From positions 3,071-67,070 of the forward strand of contig CAZLRV010000007.1 of NCBI GenBank assembly GCA_964562175.1: DNA of 64,000 nt, given 5' to 3'. Position numbers and translations under genes: made by a program. How positions within the stretch are numbered: the stretch's first letter is position 1; every line of letters starts with the position of its first letter. A model generated the notes under the pieces. It was not told where the DNA came from, did no database searches, and saw only the letters and a list, made by a program, of their open reading frames with translations. Shown one piece after another: positions 41,301 to 49,008 of this stretch. This DNA is from an uncultured Lachnospiraceae bacterium (lineage in GTDB: Bacteria > Bacillota > Clostridia > Oscillospirales > CAG-272).

Positions 41301-43804
41301 GTTCCCGAGTATATGTATATATTCTTTGCAACGTAGGCGCTGCCGATGCCGGGAGAGTTGTCACCGACAGCTGTCACAACAGGACCGTTTTTATCCACAC
41401 CCGTTTCGTCACCTATTACGATATTATCGCAAACTCCGCTGTCGCCGGAACCGATTCCCGGTGCATTTTCACCGCCGTATGCGGTGATATGACCTTTCAG
41501 TATCGTTATGTTTTGGGCATCAACATCGTTGCCGATTCCGGGTGCTCCGCTTCCGCCGCGTACCGTAAGCGATACTTTTGCGTTCGGAGATGTGAGTTCT
41601 TCGGTGATGACAAGAGCCCAGGATTCAATAGATGGCGTTTGAATACCCGCACAGTTCTTGCCGCTTATCAGGCGGTTTTCATATGTACCGGTGCCCGAGT
41701 TGGTTATCGTCAGCGTGACGGCGCCGTGACCGCCACGTTCTATCATGAAAGCCGCTTTGTTATCAAACTCCGACACGTCGATGTAGACGTTGCACAGCCT
41801 GATGTTCGCAATCACATCCTTCGCCACGACGATCCTGTCGGTCGCCGCCTCGGCGGGATTCTTATTCGATATCGTCATCGTCTTGCTCGACAGTATTGTC
41901 AGCACTCCGTCTCCGCTGTAGCTGTAGTCGGTTCCTTCGACTATCCCGTCGCCCGTGATGCTCAGCTCTCGCGTCTTGAACTCCGCATAGACATCTACCC
42001 ACGGGTCCCCACCTACGATGCCGATCGCATCGGCTATGTCACTCAGCTTCGCATTGCGACCGATGACTACCTTCTTGCCGTCCTTTTCATAGTACCAATG
42101 CTTGAACGATCTGCCGGATATTTGCGGCTCATCGACAAGCTCATATATTTTTGCGTCGGGTGAAACATGTGCGATCTCACGATATGTACTGCTCTCTTTC
42201 TTGAAACACACGAACGTTCTCTCGTCGTCGCTTCCGCAGTCTTTGCACTTGAAATTCTCAAAGTTGTGTGTCGTCTTGTTTTGTGCAAGACCGCATCCCG
42301 ACACCGTACACCTATCCTCGTGATAACGGTATCCGTCATTTCCACTGCAGGGCACACATTTCATGGTATCGGTAGTTATCTTACCGTCCACTATATGAAA
42401 GTGTACCGCATTTCCCTGATTATCTTTCAGCACGTCTCCCTCGGCAAGATAAAGATACAGATTTGTATCGCCGTCGATTGCCTTGCTGTTGCGCGGTGTA
42501 TACTCAACGCCGTTTACAAGATACGCCTTTTCATCCGGGTTTGAGATAGTCATGAGCGCAACGCTCTGACCTTTTGCGTTCACCGCCTGACAACCGTGCT
42601 TCGGCGCATTCACCGAGCCACCTGTGATCTTTATGTTCGTGCAGTCGCCGGAATTGCCATCTTCTTTCGTACCACTGCCGATGTCGTCGGCCTTATAATT
42701 TTTGGTGGTAGCACCAACAGCCTTCACAGTGCCGCCCGAGATGGTAACATTGTCGACATTTCCCGGTTTAGAGAATCTCGTAGAACCACCGCTACCTATA
42801 CCCGCGCCAGCATTAAAAGGATCATTATCATAGGCTGAACCAAAAGCCCGAACAACGCCGCCCGAGATGGTAATGCCGTCTACATTTGTACTATGTCCGT
42901 TCGCATCATTTTGCAGACCTGAACCGATGCCGGCACCGCCAAAGTTGCCGTAAGCTGTAACGTCGCCGTCTTTTATTATAATATTTTTTGCTTCGCCATT
43001 CATTCCGCCTCCGATACCGGCTGATTTTTTACCGCCCGTTGCTTTAACGGTACCGCCTTCGATGGTGATGCCGTCTACACGACCACTATCTCCACAGCCG
43101 ATGCCGGCAGCATTTTCACCACCATTCGCTATGACGGTGCCGCTTTTTATGACAATATTCGAGGCGGTACCATCGAGGCAACTGCCGATACCGGGAGCAT
43201 AATTGCCTCCCGTAGCATAGATCGTCGGACCGTCAATATATATGTTGCTTACATTTCTATTATACGGTCCACCGCCAATACCGGCACCACCTGCTACACT
43301 GGCGTCTGAAGATTCGCCGGTTGTATAGAGCGTGCCATTGCCGATGAACGTCAGCGTTCCGGTATATTCGCCAATAGCTCCGTACAAGATACCCGGGTAG
43401 TTCCGTCCGGCGACGCGGTTGACCGTACCTTCTACAACCTCTATTGTGACGTTAGCCGTGCTGTTTGCCGCAACTTTTATAGCAGCGGTACCGATAATAT
43501 TTTGCGTGTTAATGTTGACGCCCTCAAGATTGAGCCTGACATCGATGTTCGCATTTATCTCGATCCTCCAGCTGGTCGCCGTGTTCGGATCCTTGTTTTT
43601 AACGGAGAACAAACCGTGGTTGATGATTTTGATGACCTTGTTCGTCTCGTCCCGAGTCCATCCGCTGCCCTCATTTTCGTCACTTTTGAAGTAGAAATCT
43701 CCCACTTCTACATAGCCTGCCGCACGCACCATACGTGCCACAAGCGGCAGGGAGCACAGCAGCATACACAAAGCAAGCACCATACTTAAATGCCGTTTTT
43801 TCAT
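38351..43804 (-). CDS. 1817-aa cell-wall-anchored surface protein: signal peptide, three parallel-beta-helix-like modules, Cys-rich linker, six zinc-knuckle repeats, VPETG sortase signal
   Basis: Signal peptide MKKRHLSMVLALCMLLCSLPLVA. There are dozens of G..(A/S)GIG(G/S)G turns. The module end motif DGV.Y.P.N....D.DTNLY.YL occurs three times. The 38-aa HTCDYCG...C...CD.CG repeats come next. The C-terminus has VPETG, a hydrophobic helix and KKRKH. RBS GGAGG. Confidence 0.85.
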   Translation of the reverse strand: MKKRHLSMVLALCMLLCSLPLVARMVRAAGYVEVGDFYFKSDENEGSGWTRDETNKVIKIINHGLFSVKNKDPNTATSWRIEINANIDVRLNLEGVNINTQNIIGTAAIKVAANSTANVTIEVVEGTVNRVAGRNYPGILYGAIGEYTGTLTFIGNGTLYTTGESSDASVAGGAGIGGGPYNRNVSNIYIDGPTIYATGGNYAPGIGSCLDGTASNIVIKSGTVIANGGENAAGIGCGDSGRVDGITIEGGTVKATGGKKSAGIGGGMNGEAKNIIIKDGDVTAYGNFGGAGIGSGLQNDANGHSTNVDGITISGGVVRAFGSAYDNDPFNAGAGIGSGGSTRFSKPGNVDNVTISGGTVKAVGATTKNYKADDIGSGTKEDGNSGDCTNIKITGGSVNAPKHGCQAVNAKGQSVALMTISNPDEKAYLVNGVEYTPRNSKAIDGDTNLYLYLAEGDVLKDNQGNAVHFHIVDGKITTDTMKCVPCSGNDGYRYHEDRCTVSGCGLAQNKTTHNFENFKCKDCGSDDERTFVCFKKESSTYREIAHVSPDAKIYELVDEPQISGRSFKHWYYEKDGKKVVIGRNAKLSDIADAIGIVGGDPWVDVYAEFKTRELSITGDGIVEGTDYSYSGDGVLTILSSKTMTISNKNPAEAATDRIVVAKDVIANIRLCNVYIDVSEFDNKAAFMIERGGHGAVTLTITNSGTGTYENRLISGKNCAGIQTPSIESWALVITEELTSPNAKVSLTVRGGSGAPGIGNDVDAQNITILKGHITAYGGENAPGIGSGDSGVCDNIVIGDETGVDKNGPVVTAVGDNSPGIGSAYVAKNIYIYSGTVTAIGGGVQDDIGCQGKNMAGKIHILGGSVKAGTVSEPVVGASENPVASLIIENPRGDDVYVDGVKYIPSNHTAADAKDTNLYLWLTTTGSHTVKVGEDGIEYVYSYKNGKFDRERDLTITSNTSEAAVEGTDYSYALGVLTILSDKSMTVGMRNGVARTADRIVTAAGVNANITLSGVNIDTSETGNAENSTVGYAPIAVADGNGENVTITLANGSVNTLRGGFGVAALQKGSGSGKLTITGRGTLNATGENCGAGIGSGYRCNTSNIIILDGTIVAQGGIYSAGIGGGYNYGDVNGENYLGGGASNITIKGGNVTAIGGAWGAGIGSGYGVAEYSHDKLIASNITIEGGIVKAQGGVNCAGIGGGNWGSVSNITIKGGDVTALGGNSGAGIGGGYKSNIEDITISGGKVTATGGNFGAGIGGGFNSDIIDGITITGGVVNANGGDNASAIGGAATEPENITISGGTITVTSKNGSGIGAGYYNNAQIEVVISGGSIRIAEPVNTNGRITPLIGTGGESSSEPSRKLNVCIPKNGKGEGAKEVYLLVIANPSGKDVYIDGVKHTPSNHTAGDAADTNLYAYLTDGRHTVKIGDGEEKVYHYDKANSRFIETDCVDGSKDHKCDYCGETASTCIDKNKNHECDVCGATMGVHEAAEGKHTCDYCGKTVSTCIDKNKNHECDVCGATMGVHEAAEGKHTCDYCGKTVSTCIDKNKDHKCDDCGAPMGVHEAAEGKHTCDYCGENASQCEDKNKDHKCDDCGAPMGVHEAAEGKHTCDYCGKTASTCTDENKDHKCDDCDAPMGVHEAAEGKHTCDYCGKNASQCEDKNKDHKCDDCGAPMGVHEAAEGKHTCDYCGQNVNSHSGGEASCNEEAVCGICGEKYGERDGKNHRKLKHVEAKAATAEADGNIEYWHCEDCNKYFGDKDCNNEITLADTIVSKPSDSKVPETGDNSHMVIWFALLVVSGGALAGTVAYGKKRKHFAK
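38735..39441 (-). repeat. tandem 114-bp in-frame repeat array (about 6.2 copies)
   Basis: CATGCACTCCCAT recurs at 38773, 38887, 39001, 39115, 39229 and 39343, an exact 114-nt period. The units are a mosaic of shared sub-blocks. Confidence 0.9.
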
Positions 43805-43845
43805 AAGAACATACCTCCATATTTTTTAGTGGTGAATGAAAAATG

Positions 43846-43866
43846 CATAATGCAGAATGCATAATG
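43846..43866. promoter_or_regulatory. candidate operator (near-palindrome) between the TetR gene and the giant gene
   Basis: CATAATGCA-GAA-TGCATAATG: 9-nt arms with one non-complementary pair. It lies about 40 nt upstream of the giant gene ATG. Confidence 0.35.
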
Positions 43867-43886
43867 TATAATTATGTTGATCTTAT

Positions 43887-44600
43887 CTAAGTTCGGGATC
43901 TTGCTGTCGTGTTAATGTCGGAAAAATCGCTTTCAAAGTAATTTCCCAGCTGTTCAAACAACTGTTGCATAACGCCGTCGGCTAATTTGTTTATGTCAAG
44001 GCTGCGAACAAAGGTAAGTATCTGTTCGATTTCTTCTTCACCGACACGGTAAATGCGCAAGGAGGCGGTTAAGAACCTCTCTATCTTTCTGTGCAACGGA
44101 AAATGCACATCACAGGGCTTTGCCATATAGCCTCGCATCAGTGCCGCAGAGCCAATCTCCATTTCGTAAAACTCGCTTTCCTCGTAATCGGGAAAACGGT
44201 CACCGAAAATGGCTTTCAGCTCCCTCGCCATATTCTGATAGATGTATTCCACCGTATCCGGCATGGTGTAAGCCTCGGTGTACAGCTCACGCAGATTTTC
44301 GTTCCGCTCCGTCAGAACGATTTGAATGACTGTTTCCACCGCATAAGTATATGTGGGCGGAAGTGATGCTTCTGCGGATTGCTTTGCCGCACTGAACTGA
44401 CCGGAAAACATAAGCTTAACCAGCTCGGCAATCAAGCCCTCCTTGTTGCGGAAAAAGTTCTGCACACTGCAAACAGCTACACCTGCTGTGCTTGCAATTT
44501 GCTTCATGGTAGTGTCCCGATAGCCCTGCTCCAACAGCAGTCTCGCACTGACTGCAAGAATATGATTTTTGGTCGGCATACTGGATTTTCGTATTGCCAA
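43887..44600 (-). CDS. TetR/AcrR-family transcriptional regulator
   Basis: N-terminal HTH (ILAVSARLLLEQGYRDTTMKQIASTAGVAVCSVQNFF). TTG start preceded by GGAGG at 9 nt; an alternative ATG is at 44579. Confidence 0.8.
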   Translation of the reverse strand: MAIRKSSMPTKNHILAVSARLLLEQGYRDTTMKQIASTAGVAVCSVQNFFRNKEGLIAELVKLMFSGQFSAAKQSAEASLPPTYTYAVETVIQIVLTERNENLRELYTEAYTMPDTVEYIYQNMARELKAIFGDRFPDYEESEFYEMEIGSAALMRGYMAKPCDVHFPLHRKIERFLTASLRIYRVGEEEIEQILTFVRSLDINKLADGVMQQLFEQLGNYFESDFSDINTTARSRT

Positions 44601-45225
44601 ACGTCCTCGCCTCCGTTCTTTTATCGGTATCTGTACTAATTATACCACGTTTGCACCGAAATTGCAATACGTTTAGCAAGAAAACACAGGAAATATTGTA
44701 ACTTTTTTGTGTACATATCTCACTGTCAAGCGAAAAGCTTGTAATATACAAGACAGCACTTAAAAAGTATACGATCGAGAACTTTCAAAGGTAGAAAGGT
44801 CGCAAATGAATGGCAGAGTTACCTCCTATTAAATGTAATATAATTGCCTAAAGCAACACATTCCAAAGCAACGGGAATTGCGGTCTTTCCTAAGTAAATA
44901 ATTGCTTGCGGTGACATACCGCTTTTGCGGATCGTAAAGCATTCAAGCACAACACTTATAGTTGAAGTAATACCGAAAACAAGGATATCTTCAACCGAAG
45001 TGGATAAGAATGCTGTATGGGAATAGATGCTGACAAATTCCGGTTTGTACAAGTAATAAATTTGACTTTATATCAAAATCAAGACCACTTACCGATAACG
45101 GTAGGTGGTCTTTCATTTTACATATACAATATTTTATCATCTGCCTTTTAGCAATTGTCAGCTTAAAAACATCATCAACTCTGCCCGTGCATTTGCCTTT
45201 TGCAATGCGGAAGTTAAGCTGTTCT

Positions 45226-45273
45226 GCAAAAACAAAGAAAACCGAAAGCACTTACAAGATCAAGTGATTTCGG
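45226..45273 (-). terminator. rho-independent terminator downstream of tRNA-Arg
   Basis: The stem CCGAAATCACTT / AAGTGCTTTCGG pairs 11 of 12 positions. On the minus strand it is followed by TTTTCTTTGTTTTT. Confidence 0.65.
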
Positions 45274-45280
45274 CGTTGTG

Positions 45281-45355
45281 TGGCACCCCCTGCGAGAATC
45301 GAACTCACAACTAACCCTTAGGAGGGGTTTATTATATCCATTTAACTAAGGGGGC
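45281..45355 (-). tRNA. tRNA-Arg (anticodon CCT)
   Basis: The 75-nt cloverleaf was folded by hand. Acceptor GCCCCCT/AGGGGGT with discriminator G and an encoded CCA. Anticodon stem AACCC/GGGTT with loop CTCCTAA. T arm GTGAG-TTCGATT-CTCGC. Confidence 0.85.
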
Positions 45356-45548
45356 GAACAATATTTTATTGAAAAAAGGAAATGTGTTTTGCAAATGTTC
45401 ATCCTTAAGTAAATTATGTATGCTATTATAAAGTTCGTGGGACGAAGTTTACACTTTGATATTATACATTAAATGTGTGAATAATTCAAACTGAAAAAAA
45501 GAATAATTATATTTATGCGTTAGCGCATTAAATCGAAAGGATCTTAAA

Positions 45549-48194
45549 ATGAGAATCGTTAATCTTACGTGTGAGCATATGCCATGCACAGGTGATTTTG
45601 CTCACTGTATCGACAGTGTACATCCCGTATTCGGCTTTGCCGTTGAGGACAGGGACGGGGTAGATGTTGACTATTACAAAATAGTTGTCGCATCGAGTCC
45701 GGAGAAGCTCACCAACCGTAATGCGGACATATGGGACAGTGGGATCGTGCGCGATTCCGATACGACCTGCATTCGTTACACGGGAAAGGAGCTTGAAAGC
45801 CGCAAGACGTATTATTTTGCCGTATATGTTGCCGCAGGAGACAAAAAGGTAAGAAGCGATATAGGAAGCTTCACCACGGGCTTGCTTTATTCCTCGGATT
45901 GGAAATGCGGATTTATAGGTCTTAACAGGGAGTTTTTGCCCAAATGTGCGGGACCGGAGGCGGACATATCCGGTCGTCCTGCGCCGTATTTCCGCAAGTG
46001 CTTTACCGTTGCGTCGGGACTTGTTTCAGCCAAGGCATATGCAAGTGCGTTCGGAATATACGAGCTTTACGTAAACGGTGAGGATGCGGGTGCTTACAGG
46101 CTTGCTCCGGAATGGACGGAATACAAAAAATCACTTCAATATCAATATTACGATATTACCGACAAGCTGGTCGAGGGTGAAAACTGTATCGGTGCAATTG
46201 TCGGCGACGGCTGGTTCAAGAGCAATTTGAATGCGGTCGGTCGTGACCAATACGGTGAGGACGTTGCTTTTATTATGAATCTCGCCCTTGAATATTCCGA
46301 CGGTTCGGTCGATTATATCGTTACGGACAAGAGCTGGAAGGCTTCAAGCGGCGGCGTGCTTTATTCCGACAATCAAAACGGCGAATATTTCGATGCACGC
46401 CTTGAGGATGAAAACTGGTGCCGTGCTGGCTTTGACGATTCGTCATGGCACGATGCGATACATTCCATGCCGCTTGAATGCACGTGGACGAGAATGAAAG
46501 CATCGATCGGTATGCAGGTAAAGGAGAATATCATTCTTTCGGCTCAGAGCGTTACCGTTGACAAAAACGGCTCTGTAATAGTCGATATGGGTCAAAATAT
46601 GGTCGGAAACGCTTCGGTGCTGATACACGGAGCTGTCCCCGGCACGACTGTAACGGTACGTCACGGTGAAATGCTCAAGGACGACGGCACACTTTACACC
46701 GAAAATCTGCGTTCGGCACTTCAAACGGACACTTACATTTGCCGAGGCGGCGAGGAAAAATACGAGCCTCGTTTTACGTTCCACGGCTTCAGATTTTTGG
46801 AGATAACGGGACTCGGCTACATACCTCAAAAGGAAGATATCAAGGGACACGTTATATTCTCCGCTTGCACTCGCACCGGCTACGTTCAAACGGAGTCGCC
46901 TCTTGTAAACAAGCTGTTTGAAAATGCGCTGTGGGGTCAACGCGGAAATTTTGTGGGAATTCCCACCGACTGCCCTCAGCGTGACGAGCGTCTCGGTTGG
47001 ACGGGCGATACGCAGATATTCTGCCGTTCGGCGTGCTACAATATGGATTGCTACGGCTTTTTCGATAAATATATGGAGGATCTGCGTGAATCGCAAAAGC
47101 CTAACGGTTCGGTTACCGATATCGTTCCGATGATACGTCACAGCTCGGGCAAGGGTCCCGATCTTGTCGGAAACGGAAATGCGGCATGGGGCGATGCGGT
47201 ATTCGTAATTCCCTACACCGTTTACTCGATGTACGGTGATATTGCAATAATAGCCCGCTCATACGACAGCATGAGCAGATATTTCAAGTACCTGCTCGGC
47301 ACAACAACAGGTCTGCTTCGTCCCGCTCACGGTTACGGAGATTGGCTCTCTATCGATGACACGACACCGCTTGATGTTTTGTCAACGGCTTATTTCGCAT
47401 ACGATGCTTATATCATGGCAAAGTGCGCAAAGCTGCTTTGTCGCGATTACGATTACGAATACTACTCGGATATGTTTGAGCGTATAAGAGAAGCGTGGTG
47501 TGATGAATACGTTTCGGCTGATGTTACGATAAAGGGCGATACGCAATGCTGTTATGTTTTGGCTCTTAAGATGAAGCTTTTGCCCACCGAGCTTGAAAAG
47601 GCGGCGGCGGAGCATCTCGTAAGAACGATACGACGCAAGGATTATCATCTTTCCACGGGCTTTGTCGGTGTTTCGTATCTGTTGCCCGTGCTTTGCGATC
47701 ACGGTCATTCCGATATCGCATACAGGCTTCTTTTGAACGATACTTATCCCTCTTGGGGATATTCGATAAAGAACGGCGCCACGACTATTTGGGAGAGATG
47801 GAACTCTTATACGAAGGAAAACGGCTTCGGCGATGTCGGAATGAACTCGTTCAACCATTATTCTCTCGGCAGTGTCGTTGAATGGATGTACGCTTATATG
47901 GGCGGTATCAAGCCGTATAAGCCCGGCTTTAAGGAGTTTTTCGTAAGACCCTATTTCAACGAAGCCGTAGGCGAGACCAAGGTCACATACGACAGCATTT
48001 CGGGTAAGATAATTTCAAGCTGGAAAAAGAGTGAGGACGGCTATATACTCAAGCTCACCGTGCCGTCAAATACAAAGGCTCATCTTATGTTCCCACCCTC
48101 AAGGGTCGAGGTGCTTTCGGGCAAGCGTTGCAAGGCAAAAAGCAACAGTATTATCTGCGGCGGCGGAGAATATAAGTTTTTGATAAAAGAATAA
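45549..48194 (+). CDS. alpha-L-rhamnosidase (GH78), no signal peptide
   Basis: The hallmark segment GIPTDCPQRDERLGWTGDTQIF, the six-hairpin catalytic region (GDWLSIDD, WERWNSY), and a length of 881 aa. Confidence 0.9.
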   Translation: MRIVNLTCEHMPCTGDFAHCIDSVHPVFGFAVEDRDGVDVDYYKIVVASSPEKLTNRNADIWDSGIVRDSDTTCIRYTGKELESRKTYYFAVYVAAGDKKVRSDIGSFTTGLLYSSDWKCGFIGLNREFLPKCAGPEADISGRPAPYFRKCFTVASGLVSAKAYASAFGIYELYVNGEDAGAYRLAPEWTEYKKSLQYQYYDITDKLVEGENCIGAIVGDGWFKSNLNAVGRDQYGEDVAFIMNLALEYSDGSVDYIVTDKSWKASSGGVLYSDNQNGEYFDARLEDENWCRAGFDDSSWHDAIHSMPLECTWTRMKASIGMQVKENIILSAQSVTVDKNGSVIVDMGQNMVGNASVLIHGAVPGTTVTVRHGEMLKDDGTLYTENLRSALQTDTYICRGGEEKYEPRFTFHGFRFLEITGLGYIPQKEDIKGHVIFSACTRTGYVQTESPLVNKLFENALWGQRGNFVGIPTDCPQRDERLGWTGDTQIFCRSACYNMDCYGFFDKYMEDLRESQKPNGSVTDIVPMIRHSSGKGPDLVGNGNAAWGDAVFVIPYTVYSMYGDIAIIARSYDSMSRYFKYLLGTTTGLLRPAHGYGDWLSIDDTTPLDVLSTAYFAYDAYIMAKCAKLLCRDYDYEYYSDMFERIREAWCDEYVSADVTIKGDTQCCYVLALKMKLLPTELEKAAAEHLVRTIRRKDYHLSTGFVGVSYLLPVLCDHGHSDIAYRLLLNDTYPSWGYSIKNGATTIWERWNSYTKENGFGDVGMNSFNHYSLGSVVEWMYAYMGGIKPYKPGFKEFFVRPYFNEAVGETKVTYDSISGKIISSWKKSEDGYILKLTVPSNTKAHLMFPPSRVEVLSGKRCKAKSNSIICGGGEYKFLIKE

Positions 48195-48224
48195 AAGCTT
48201 ACACCGTAAGGGTGCAAGCTCCAA

Positions 48225-48272
48225 AAAACGCTCTGCGGATATTTCGGTCTACCGCAGAGCGTTTTGTTTTTT
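48225..48272. terminator. bidirectional rho-independent terminator
   Basis: 14-bp perfect stem AAAACGCTCTGCGG / CCGCAGAGCGTTTT flanked by an A-run and a T-run. It lies between convergent genes. Confidence 0.75.
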
Positions 48273-48573
48273 AGAAGAGCATACTTCCGAGCAAGCTGCC
48301 GATAATTGCGGAGTATATCACCGAGAATACCACGCTCACAATAAAGCCGATAAGCGCACCCTTTCCCGCCGATTTAGCCTTGAGAGGCGTTTTGTCCTTA
48401 TATACCAAATAGAGGATAAGACCTACGAGCGGAATAAAGAAACCAAGCACGGCAAAGCCCATATTAGGCGCATCCGCCTCGGCAGCAGGGCTATTGGTAA
48501 CCGCACAGCCGCAGTGAGGGCATATAGCCGCCTCGTCCATTATTTCCTTGCCGCATTTTGAGCAAAATTTCAT
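48271..48573 (-). CDS. zinc-ribbon domain membrane protein (100 aa, 2 TM)
   Basis: MKFCSKCGKEI...CPHCG zinc ribbon followed by two hydrophobic helices. RBS AAGGAG. Confidence 0.75.
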   Translation of the reverse strand: MKFCSKCGKEIMDEAAICPHCGCAVTNSPAAEADAPNMGFAVLGFFIPLVGLILYLVYKDKTPLKAKSAGKGALIGFIVSVVFSVIYSAIIGSLLGSMLF

Positions 48574-48802
48574 AATTTCGATCTCCTTAACGAAAATAAA
48601 AAGTACGCCGACCGAAATCGACGTACCGAAAAACGCAAATTCCGATCGTTGCTACACAAAACCGATAAATGCGATAATATACCGTACCATTATCAGTTGA
48701 AATCTGCGTTTTTACCAAATTTAATCGATAACGGCACGACGAAAAAAGGGTATACTTCCATACGGAACCCAATTATCGCATAAGTATTCGGTTTTGTGTA
48801 GC
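48574..48802 (-). promoter_or_regulatory. structured ~229-nt 5' leader with long-range helices and a terminator (candidate cis-regulatory RNA)
   Basis: The leader starts at the predicted TSS. A 25-bp interrupted helix pairs 48802-48772 with 48678-48651. A competing 15-nt complementarity (13/15) pairs 48714-48700 with 48645-48629. A terminator hairpin lies directly before the RBS. Confidence 0.45.
48590..48626 (-). terminator. intrinsic terminator inside the leader, upstream of the RBS
   Basis: On the minus strand: GTACGTCGA-TTTCGG-TCGGCGTAC, a 9 bp stem with one G-U pair. It is followed by TTTTTATTTTCG and then AAGGAG. Confidence 0.55.
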
Positions 48803-48808
48803 ACCCTT

Positions 48809-48837
48809 ATTGTATCATATATTCATTGTCTTGTCAA
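48809..48837 (-). promoter_or_regulatory. near-consensus sigma-A promoter driving the leader and zinc-ribbon gene
   Basis: On the minus strand: TTGACA (48837-48832), a 17 nt spacer, then TACAAT (48814-48809). The predicted start falls at the first base of the long helix. Confidence 0.6.
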
Positions 48838-48950
48838 CACAATTTTTCAAAAAAATAAAATTTTATAATGGAAAAGCGGGAATCCAATGATACGTTGTCG
48901 ATATAATAGAATATTTTTTTATAAATTCACTCAAAAAAGTGCGATTCTTA

Positions 48951-48979
48951 TTGATTTTTTTGCATTTGTATGGTATTAT
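48951..48979 (+). promoter_or_regulatory. candidate sigma-A promoter for ahcY
   Basis: TTGATT, a 17 nt spacer, then TATTAT with an extended -10 TG. This leaves a leader of only about 23 nt. Confidence 0.5.
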
Positions 48980-49008
48980 TACATTGAGAAATAGTATGGA
49001 GCGAAATT

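Noticed and set aside
41024-42163. 379-aa plus-strand ORF, plus other long ORFs (38564..39295, 40286..40936, 39912..40310) inside the giant gene
   Set aside because: These are antisense or out-of-frame reading frames kept open by the repetitive, Gly-codon-rich sequence of the 1817-aa gene. Their repeats simply mirror the 114-bp array. They have no start context.
44819-45251. 77-aa and 86-aa minus-strand ORFs next to the tRNA
   Set aside because: Neither has an SD. One starts on TTG, and they overlap each other and hairpins. I treat them as possible gene remnants (see the finding at 44601-45548), not as functional CDSs.
48678-48692. Possible T-box element (minus strand AATGGTACGGTAT resembles GGTGGTACCGCG)
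   Set aside because: The match is only partial. It is about 50 nt from the terminator rather than overlapping its 5' arm. I could not identify a specifier loop or AG-bulge/GNUGGNA features. The downstream gene is not amino-acid related.
48587-48772. 61-aa minus-strand ORF upstream of the zinc-ribbon gene
   Set aside because: It has no RBS and lies within the strongly base-paired leader. It is better explained as non-coding structured RNA.
48838-49008. SAH riboswitch or other leader upstream of ahcY
   Set aside because: The best promoter (48951-48979) leaves only about 23 nt of leader, and no conserved structure is visible.
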